From positions 9,858,001-9,922,000 of the forward strand of contig OZ024750.1 in the NCBI GenBank assembly GCA_964016885.1: 64,000 bases of DNA, read 5' to 3'. The notes under the pieces were generated by a model. That model made no database searches and was not told where the DNA came from. It saw only the letters and a list, made by a program, of their open reading frames with translations. The position numbers and the translations under genes were made by a program. Positions 45,801 to 57,700 of this stretch are shown here, piece by piece; position 1 is the stretch's first letter; every line of letters starts with the position of its first letter. Origin of the DNA: Eledone cirrhosa. Taxonomy: Eukaryota.

Positions 45801-48719
45801 GACAGGCTGAGGCCATGTATATAAACAAAATAACAACACATTTTTATCTTATGTGACTGCTGTAACTCTGTTTCTGTTGTTTACAGGAAGATTAGCCTGC
45901 GACAATGTCAAGACAGTAATTTCAGACTCATGTCAACCCTACTTCATCACCATTGTGTAAATTCTCATGAAGACATCTGGAAATTCTTCACGTCATTTTA
46001 CCAGTCCCCAACTAAAGATTCTGTTCAGTTCCTAGCCACTTACTGTTATTACTATGACTTACCTAATCACTACCAATCAGAACTCTTAGCTGGGTGGATT
46101 AGTGTTGTGACAAGACCCACCAACAACACTAACAACCACCTGTATTTCTTGCGCAAGGCATTGATAGACTGGTTACTCCCCACCTGGGAAGATAAGGATG
46201 AGGAGACAAGCACTGTGATATTAACAAAACAGTCATTTGAGATGACCAACTGTGACCTTATTGCCTCACAACTCATTACCCTCCTCCTTAGTCCAATTGT
46301 TGTTCATCCACTCTGCTGCCATGATCTTCAAAATACATGTACCATCTCCAGCCATTCCCCTGTGGAATCCTTATATCTAAAGATGACATTCAATGAAGAC
46401 CTGACATCAACTACTACAACAGTGGTACCAAAAAATAATTACCAAGACAGAGCAAAGTGCTGCCTATTTACTGTCATAGAACATTTTCTCATACGCATCA
46501 ACAAACTTGTTTTACACATCCAAAACCTTAACACTAATGATGTAAGTTGGTCATTTCTCAGATTTAGTTTACTTATATTTTATATTGGTTCCTCTATCAG
46601 TTGCTGCATGTATCTGTGGCCATTGTTCATAGTAACACTTTTGCTGTTTTATCTGCAGGGTACAGCTGAAGTACAGCTCTGACTGGGGTATAAGTGTCTG
46701 TCCCCCTCCCCTCTTTTTCTTTTGTTGTTTGATCCTTCATTCTGTTTCTCCTTTTCATTTCCTTGTTTCTTCCTTTTCTCTTCCCTTTAATAGTGTGTTC
46801 TATATTTATCAGACACTGCTCAATAATGTTTATATAATGTCAATGGCCTTTGGTGACATTCTTAGATTTTGTATGTTGAATAAATATAACAACACACTCA
46901 CACACAAAACCACTACACCATCAATAGCAACACCACTACCACAATAATACCAACACCACTACCACAACACCACCACCACCACAACAACACCACCACTACC
47001 ACAACACCACCACTACCACAACAACACCATCACAACAATAACACTACCACAACAATACCACCACCACCACAACAACACCACTACCACAACAACAACACCA
47101 CTACCACCACAACAACAACAACACCACCACAACAACAATAACACCACCACTACCACAACAATTGTTTCATTTATTATAAGAAATTCAGTAAATATTTCTC
47201 TGACAGTTTGTTGTTGTAATATTTCTCTAGAACTGGTGTATTCAGAAAGTGTCTTACCTCAGCTGCCTCCTGTCAAAGTGTCTTGCTTACATTGTCAACA
47301 GAGCCATGAAGGAACTGATGTCTGAATTACATTCCAATCTATCAAAACAACTCCAGATAACACTAAACAAACTGGAAGAATTAGTGTGTGGAGCCCCAAC
47401 TTACCAAGTTCGCTGCAAGTACATTAATGAAGCTGTACCACTCCTTTACCAATATTTCTCTGCTGATTATATTGACCAGTCATATAAATGTCAGTACTTT
47501 GACTTATTACGTTCTCTTATGCCTGACAGTTTACTGGACAGTGTGATAGCTATGGTCAAGTCACAGGTAAATATCTTGTGTAATCACCTCTCTCTCTCTC
47601 TCTTCAAAGAATTCCCTTTTCTTTAAATCCATCAACCAATGACCTCCACCCATCCCAATCACCACCCTCTCCTACCACCAGAAAAGATATAAATACCACC
47701 ATATTACTTGGATAGTCGGCTTCCTGATGATTTCTCCCAAATGAAACAGTTCTAGTCCTGTAGAAGCCATTTCTATATTAAATATTTATACTCTGCTTTG
47801 TATTGAGTACCTTACTTACAGTGGTTACCCCCGATTGAACCCAGGATAAACTTATATATATATGCAAAAAGTAAACACAAATAACAAAGCAAACGACACG
47901 GTACAATGAAGAAATATATTTGTTTAACACTTGATGTAGTAGGAAAAGAGTCTTAACGTTTCAGACACTAGTCCTTCATCAGAAGATAGAATGGGAAATA
48001 AAAGAAGAAATAGAAAGATAGATACTGAGAAGAAGGAACGGGAAAGTTTTTTTTTTTTTTTTTTTTTAGAAAAAACACTACACAATAATTTTCCTTATTA
48101 CTATCTATGTTACTTGTATTCATCATCATCATCGTTTAATGTCTATCTTCCACGCTAACATGGGTTAGATATTTATATTTACTATGTTACCTATATTATA
48201 TTTATATTAACTATGTTACCTGTATTATATTAACTGTTACCTGTATTATATTAACTGTTACCTGTATTATATTAACTATGTTACCTGTATTATATTAACT
48301 GTTACCTGTATTATATTAACTATGTTACCTGTATCATATTAACTATGTTACCTGTATTATATTAACTATGTTACCTGTATTATATTAACTGTTACCTGTA
48401 TTATATTATATTAACTATGTTACCTGTATTATATTAACTATGTTACCTGTATCATATTAACTATGTTACCTGTATTATATTATATTAACTATATATGTTA
48501 CCTCTAAATAAATGTTTCTTCTGTGTTTCCGTTTATTTCAGATATTTCCAATGTCAACCAACAGACCATTGGAGACATTTCTCACACTTGAAAGTCCATC
48601 TCAAGAGAGCAATACCTTTGATGATGATATATTTGATGAAGAGGATGACAGAAATAAAGAATTTGAGGAGAATGCCATGAAAGGTGGGTTGAAGGGGTTT
48701 GGATTGGGGTGGGGTGTCA

Positions 48720-48799
<80 letters not shown>

Positions 48800-51700
48800 G
48801 CCTTTACTTGTACTTCTTTATTATCATCATCATCATCACTGACACTCAATAAACTAGTAGAACTAACAACACCAGCTGCCCTTGGTCAAATTAAACAGTT
48901 TCACACTTGGTCTGGTATTCTATCTTTTCTGTTGCAACAACAGTAACATTAACAGTAACTGATAGCAACTTGCTGCAATGGATTGACCTATCCAACCCAT
49001 ACCAACATGAAAAGGTTGATGTAAATATGATGGTGATGATAATGATTTTGTTGTTGGTTGTAGTAATTCAGCAACAGATTTTCTAGATATCATCATCATT
49101 CATTCATTCATGGAATGATATGGACCCCAGTCCCTATCATCTCATTTCTACAGCTGAGTAAACTGGAGCAATGTGAAATAAAGTGTCTTGCTCAAGGAAA
49201 CAACACATCACCTGGTCTGAGAATTGAACTCACAACCTTTCGATTGCAAGGCCATTGCTCTAACCACTAAGCCATGTGCCTCCATTCCATATACTGCTGC
49301 ATATTGAGGCTAGACTGGTCAGGTGACCACATCTTGTTCATCTTGCTCCATCATGGGCTTGATCTCTATGGCTAGATGTTTTTCATAATGACAACCATGT
49401 TACAGATTGTACTGCATTTTATCGCAACTCTGGTACTACCACCTTACAGGGTTGACTGGGTGCTTTTTGTCATGGCACCAGCTCTACGGCTTTACAGTGC
49501 AGACTGGGTGCTTTTTGTCATGACACCAGCACAACAACCTTACATGATGGACTAGGTGCTTTTTATCATGGCATCAGCTCTACCACCTTACAGGGTGGAC
49601 TTGGTGCTTTTTATCATGACACCAGCACAACTTCGTATGACATATTTTTGTGCTCTCATCATTTCAGATGCCTTTTCCCAAGTTCTTTCTGCTGAGGAAA
49701 CACTCTGTTGCCAGGCCATGAAATTACTGTGTTTATGGCACAGTTATGACAAACAACATACTTCAAACCTCATTGATACTCTCCAAAACAAAATTATGGA
49801 AATCACAGAAAACCTTGATTGTACAAAATCATTCCATTTACAAATGGTAAGTGATGGCCGTGTTTTGTTCAACCTTTTGTCTGATTTTAGTGTTTGGTTT
49901 TTGTTTATTTTCTTATATTTTCTCTCTATCCGAGAAACTTCTGCAGTCTCACCAACAAATATATAAATTGTAGACCTCTTCATTATTACATAAATTGTAA
50001 ACCTCTTCCTTTTTATTTTACACCACTTTCTATGTCTTTAGTACATGTCTCTCTCTGATCCACATTATACATTCTATATGTCTTATCTGAATGTATTACA
50101 TACATTGTAGGCCATTATACACATAAATATATATGTATATCCTCTGTGAAATCTGCCTATATTTATATGGACATATCACTATCAGACTGCCTGTATTATC
50201 AGATCTGATCCAGGATTGGATCTGATGTCTGTATTATTAGACAATACTATCAGACTGCCTGTATTATCGGATCTGATGTCTTTATTATTAGTCAACACTA
50301 TCAGATTGCCTGAATTATCAGATCTAATGTCTGTATTAGTCAACTCTATCAGATTCTGCATGGGTTGGACAACAAGTTAGTATATATATATATATATATA
50401 TTTACTAGTCAGTAACTTTTGTTTCTTGACAGTTCCAAACCATTGTCTCTACACTTTGCTCCACACACCAATACCTCACCGATTCCAATCTGGAATGTTT
50501 GCTGCTTAAAGTCAGGTAAGATTTCCATATTTTTCCTTTGAAAGTAAGACTTGCATTTAAGGAATCAAAGTTAACATAAGCTCCTTAAAAATAAATCAAA
50601 AGTAGAAGAAATCAAAGTTTATTTTCTACTTTAGAGATAGGAATTAACTGAAAGGAAACCAGGTTTGTAATATATCCTCAGCATAGATTCTCTGTTACAT
50701 AGACATGGTGGGACTGTGGTAGATGAAGGGCTATATCAACAGATCCAATACAACTGTTCATTATAGAGGTGGCATGATACAGTGAACAGCAGGAATATGA
50801 TGGATGAAATATACATCACCTTTCTTTATTTCCTTCTTCCAGTCACCTGTGTGCTAACAAACTTCTCATCTTCCTCTTTCTATATTTCTATATTTCATCT
50901 GCCTCTCAACCACCTTGTGGATTGTCTTTCTGTTGACTACTGACCGCTGGTCTCTGTCCTCTGGGGTATTTTTGCCCATTGCTGTCTTTGACAGCATTTG
51001 GCTGTTTTAATGGCTGTTCTAGCGATGAGTTTTCTCATTTTTACATGTATCCAATTGTAAATATATTATACATCCTATCACAACCACCATTTTAATATAT
51101 GTTTCACCATAACTTACACAAGACTGAACCCTGTACAATAATTACATATGTATCATGATCATGTGTATATATTTGTGTGTGTATCATATTAGATGACCTC
51201 CTAACTACAACTACTCTCTCTCTTATTCTCTTTCCTTCAGAAATATACTGAAACACCATTGGCAAGAACCAGCTACCTGCCAGAAATGTATCCACATTCT
51301 TTCAGTGATTTTGCCCCATTTGGCTGAAAATAAAGAACATCACACTACATCTAAACTTTCAGAAAACCGCGATAATGCTCTGCAACTCTTTAAGGCTATT
51401 TGGTAAGTTGCTTTGAATCATTTTTGTCTGCATTCCATGCTGACCTGGTTCCTAGTGCTGGATGCCCTTCTTAACTCCAGCTTCTTTGCAGAGTATATTG
51501 GGTGCATTTCATTGTGGTGCCAGCACTCCCACATCACAAAGGGTACTAGGTGTGTTTTATCATGGCACCAGCACTACCACTTTACAGAGTGTACTGGATG
51601 TATTTTATCATGGCACCAACATTAAAGAGGTTTGCAAGTCCTGAATAGTACCAAAGGGTCCTCTCTACTCATTCTTACCTCAGTCAGTTCATCACCACTT

Positions 51701-54700
51701 TACTAAGAAAGCTATGTCATTTTACTAAATACTAGAGAGGTTAGTTTGTCCACTGCAGGCTAAAGAGACTTCTACACTCCAGGTATTCTCCAATCTCTCA
51801 CCATATTTACTTACTTTTAGCATGATAGTACTTGTTCTGCTGGTAAGACCTTTCATAATATGGTAATTTACTACTTGGCATGGTCTTATGTCTTCTCTTT
51901 TGCCAGGTTCAGTGTCTTGATGTCATTCTTCTCAACTTTATCCCATTCTCTTCTTTGATATTTTCTTTATCAGGAAATTTCAAGATGACAAGAAGTATAA
52001 TTCAACTGTTCGCCTCTCACTTGCGACCTGTCTTCATACCTTTATTAAGGTTGGTCAATTTTTATCCTCGAAGTTTATAGAAATTAGAGGAAATTAATGG
52101 TTTTTTCCTGTTTTACCTGTTTTACTTCTGTAGTAAATATTCTTCTGTAAGATGTCATTGTTATTTTTATTATTAGTTAATGTTACGGCAGTGGCTTGAC
52201 AGTATTGGTAGGATGATAGACAAAAGGCTTTGTAGCAGATAGCTGTAGCCCTTTACATGAGTTCAAATCTCCCCGAAGTCAACTGTGACTTTCAACCTTC
52301 TAGGGGTCTATAAAATAAAGTACCAGTTAATTGCTGGAATGGATTTAAACAACTTTTCCTTCCCCTCAAATTTCTGGGTAGAAATCATTATTAATTAATA
52401 GGGCAGTGGATTGGCAGTATCGGTAGAGGGTCGGATGCCATGATTTGCAGCAAAGAGTTACAGCTCTTTATGGTCTGAGTTCAAATCCCGCCGAGGTTAA
52501 ATTTGCCTTTCATCCTTGCGGGGTCGAGAAAATAAATTACCAGTAATACACTGGGGTAATTGCTGGCCTTGTGCCAAAAGTAGAAACAATTAATTATTAA
52601 TGTTTTATCACTATGTTTTATCCAAGGAAAAATCTTGGATAAATTTACCAAACATATTTTCTATTGTCTGTGTCTTTGATCATCTCTCTTCCTCTTCCAC
52701 ACTAATTTCTGTCTGATCACATACAACCCTTTTACACCCAGCACCCATCTCATTCACCATCCCCACTAGTTGTTCATACCAAACATGTTTTTAGAGAAAT
52801 TTAAATAGTATTTATTCTCTTTATAGCACATAGAGGAGTTGTATCTTCTTCTATTTAGAAACCTTACTAACTCTTCTGGTGTTAACCTCAATAACTGACC
52901 CTTGCATTATTTTTTATTAGAGTAGTCCCTTATTCCACATGTGTTCATTTTGATTCTTTTTTTCCTATTTCAGATTGACCCAGAAAGCAAGTGGACTGTG
53001 GAACCTAACAATGACAAACGTGACCCCTTATGGAAACTTTTCCCAATCTATTTGACTGATCCTTGTTTCCAAATTCGACATTTCTGTGCCTCTAACATTG
53101 CCTGGTTTGTACTATCTTATTATTTTTGATGGACCCCAATAATTCTGTTCAGTTCTATATTACTCTGTAATGGTCCTTATTAATAGAAGAATCTTCAGTA
53201 TTCTTGGTGAACCCCAATAATTCTGTTTAGTTCTATATTACTCTGTGATTTGTTTTTTCTTACAAATACAACAAATGCTGTATATCATTATTCACACCTG
53301 TGGCACTTTAATTGCAGTCTGTTTCGAACTAACGACAAAAATGGAAAGAATTGTTACCTCAGTCAAACGCAGCAACAATCATCCTTCCTTGATGTCTATA
53401 GATACTCTGAAGAAAGTTTGGTTGTTCTGGTAAAAACAAAGATTATTCTAAATTTCACATCACTCACATGCACAGGGTTGATAGGTATATATATTCAGTA
53501 GAAACAACTGTTGTAAGGCCATTTTTCCCTGCTAAAATAGGGGTTAACTTAGCTGATCCCATGAAAGATTTCATGATTATTCTGGGATCCTTTTTGGACA
53601 TACATATCAGATATATACCTTCAACAATTTACACAAATGATTAGAGCTGTAGCAGTCCATCTTAATGTTGCCAGAATGAGTGACGTTATACACATACTAT
53701 TAATAATATCATTGTTTAACGTCCATCTTCCACATTTATTATTACTATATATATATATATACTCCTATTCAGTAGATAGAATAGAAAATTAAGAACATTT
53801 ACTTCTTAATTGATAGAAGAGTTCCAAGTAATTATTTACATAAACACATATTTAATGGTGATAGAAAGGGCATCCAGCCATAGAAAGCTTGCCAAACAAA
53901 GGGTTAAGAGGACCCTCAGTTGTGTCAAAGACAATGACAACCTCTCCTATGCACTTGGTAGAACTGAAACCGTATGTAAGTGAGACGTAGATCCCTGGCC
54001 TGTCTGAGAGGTCAGTAGACCCATCAAGGGAGGTTTTATTTCATAGAAGTAGAAACAGTTTGGGACAGGATGATATCAAAACGGTTTTAATTTACTTTAC
54101 ATTTATCATTTTATTTCCTGGTATCAAAATCTTCATTGTCGTCCTTCTACCCTGGTCACAGTTTCATTACAACACTGTCTTATTCTTTCAGGATTTGGAC
54201 CAACATAAACAGCTGAGTCGAATGTCCAGTTTTCTCTTGGCCATGTCCACTATTGTCTGTAGTTGTCCACTGTATGAGCACAAGGCTATTTATATCTGCT
54301 GTACCCAATCAAGTAACATTCCAGTGGACTTTGTTAAAAAGGTAAGACAGCTTGTTTCTTATCCTTCTTGTCTTTCATTTATTACCATTCTTTCATCATC
54401 ACCTACTGTACAGTACTACACCTCACCAGGGGACAGTATTACATCTCACCAGGGGACAGTACTACACCTCACATCTCACAGTATTACACCTCATCATCTC
54501 ACCAGAGGGACAGTATTACACCTCATCATCTCACCAGAGGGACAGTACTACATCTCACCATCTCATCAGGGGCTTCCTTCTACTTCCCTTTCAGTTTTCT
54601 GGTTACACCTAATGGTGAGTCTACTGCATCTTCCTCCTTCGGGAACTTGAAGACAGCTTCTGATTGTACCTTTGCATTGTACACCAACCCTTTTAGTCAC

Positions 54701-57700
54701 TTCTTATGACATGTGGGGATATGGTGTACCTATTCTAAAATGGATCCATATTTATCATCACCCTCGTGAACAAACATTCATTTTCCATGCTAGAGAGAGA
54801 GAGAGATTTCTAATTTATTTTCTACTTTCTTTACGTTTCAGGTGCTTACTATTTCAGCAATGAAGCTCAAGTACAAATCTTTGCAAGATTTAATGGTTAT
54901 TCATTTACCATTCTTGGTAAACAAATGGTTAAGTGATGGATTTCCTATCAGACAATTTCCCTATCAACTTCTTGATTGTTCTTCAGAAGTTGACTTCTAT
55001 GTGTAAGTTTTATTCTAATATTTGTACCATTAATGATACCATTAATGGATCATCATCATCATCAACATTTTATGTCCAAGTTCCATTCTTTCATGGTTTG
55101 TATAGGTTTCATCTCAATCCTTATTTAGAGTTATTGCCTTCTTAGATGAGTGGCACTCATACGTTCCAGTTTTTGGCACCATTTCTCTGGCTAGATGCCC
55201 TTCCTAATGCCAACCACTATACAGAGTGTACTGGGTGCATTATATCATAGCACTAGCACTGGAGAGGTTGCCTTGTTCACTGCAAGGCTAAAGAGATCAC
55301 ACCACTCTGTATCTACATATGTACATCATTTATCCTGTAACTATATATAATTTCACTCCCCCTATATATATATATATCACGTGTGTGCATGCAAATTTGT
55401 AATTATGAAAGAATGAACCCTTGATATGTAACATAAAGGTAACTTATATTACTTAAAATATGTGACGACTAAATATGTTTTTCATGGATAGTCAAAGTTC
55501 CATCAGTCTTCAACCTTTATGAAAAACAAACAGCTGAAGATTGATGTTGCACACAAGATATATCTGTTGTGATTAATTGGTTATCATTATGTATTTTAAG
55601 TAATATATATATATATAATTATTTGTATCGTTATGTATCACCATTGCAGGAAACACGTGTCTGTCTGTGTACCATTGATGGCAGTGATAAAACCAGAGAT
55701 TGGTATAAAGGAGAGTCTTACCCACTTACTTGGTGAAAGATGGCTACCATTACAGATTGAGGAATGTTTAGTGACATTGTTGGTGCACATTCTACCATAT
55801 TTAGCTGTACAATATTGCATCGATGTTACAGAAGAGAAAGTTAAAGATAAAATATCTCAAGCTCAGACAAACTTCGAAACTTTATCTCAATATTTCACCA
55901 AAGAGGTAAGTTTCTCTGATGTCCATGGTGGCGATGGCGGCAGTGGTGGTGGTTTTGTTCAGCCGTTGTAAGGAATATTCTTCCCTTGTATGATTCAGTG
56001 TTGTCAACTATCTGCTGGAAGTCTCTGTGCATAATATGTGTCAATCTAGATATTTTCTAACACTGATTCCATTTTTTTTTTTTCAGGATATTGAAAACTG
56101 TTTGAAGAAGAAAATCCCTGATTTTATTGTCAGGTTATTGTTGTGCCTTGATGCAAAACCAGATGAGTAAGTATTTCCATCTTTCTATGCCTATACGTCT
56201 CTCTCTCTTTCTATATAAATATATTTATATATATATATAGGAAAATAGTCAGGACCCCGACGACAGCTCCGGCCATTTCAACAGCTATTTCTGTACTAAC
56301 TGACTCTTTTCCTATTACCCACTCTACTCTCCATAGTATCGAGTACTCTGGTGCGTTATGGTTCACCTGGTTCATTACCACACTTCCTTCATTGTATATA
56401 TATATATTCCCATATTCCCTTTCTGGGAATGAATGAAGACACTTCAAGACAATAACTTTGATCTGAAGGAAGAGTGGTGAAGATGATGGAATTAGTACAA
56501 ATTTGCCAGCCAAGACCTTGCCCAGGGCCCCACATCTAAACCAGCAGGCTTTGACCTCCTAGAAAGCAATCTGCACAACACATGCCAGGACAGCCCATCA
56601 ACTCCATTGATGGAAAATGAAAGACAGCCCAGCATGTGAGTGTGGGGACACTGACCAGACAATTATTTCAGTGTTGTTACACCAAACCCTGTTTTATTGT
56701 TTCAGTGTTGTTACACCAAACCCTGTTTTATTGTTTCAGTGTTGTTACACCAAACCCTGATTTATTGTTTCAGTGTTGTTACACCAAACCCTAATCCACC
56801 ATATTACAAGAAAGATGTCATCCTTGCAACGCTGACATATTTGGCAACCAACTTTTCCTGCTGCAGCACTGAACAACAGAGACCAACTCTGGTTCACTAC
56901 TTGTCTATGTCTGCTGTAAGTAACTTCTTTATCTTCTTACAGAAAACAAAGACCTGTAGTTACTAGAGAGACTGTATGGTGTATGCCAGTCGTATGATGT
57001 GGTGTGTTGTGATATGGTAGTGGACCTGTAGTTACTAAGGAGAGACTGTATGGTGTATGTCATTGGTATGTATGATAGAAGACTGTAGTTACTAGAGAGA
57101 GACTGTATGGTGTATGTCTGGTATGGTAGTGAAGGTAGAAGACCTGAGGTGACTAGAAAGATTATATGGTGTATGTGAGTGGTATGTTGTTGTGTGGTAT
57201 GGTAGTGGACCTGCAGTGACTAGAGTGACTGTCTGGTGTGTGTTTCTTATTAAACATTTACTCACTTACCTCCACACATCTAACCTCTGGTCACACAACA
57301 GTGACCACACCACACAACACAGCAAGCTACAAGTGAGCACATATGCAACAAACGAATCAACACTACAACACAATCAACTCACCAACGCAACCATCCAACA
57401 ATAATCGTTATAAACATGTATGACAGTGAAGGTAAATAGCTCCAGTGACAATACTGTAGCTGGATACCATCATTCATTTTGTAAATACACAACTTTAGAC
57501 CAACTGGACATGTTTTGTTTCAGGATCATTTCTGGAAGATTCTGTTGCCTCTTGCAGTACATATGAATAGTTGCAGCCAACTATCAGAACAGTACCGACT
57601 CATGTGTAGCTATCAGCTCTTTGTTGATCTTCTACTGCAAGAATTTGATACCAAACTTGGTGACTGCCGTTTCTATATCTCCCGAGAGGTACTCTGCCGA

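Noticed and set aside
43818-45810. 649-aa and 660-aa ORFs
   Set aside because: Translations of a 24-bp minisatellite inside ATM intron 12; no non-repetitive coding part and no in-frame link to exons
51890-51973. Upstream alternative acceptor for exon 19 (AG ends 51906)
   Set aside because: 67-nt shift breaks the frame and there is no further support
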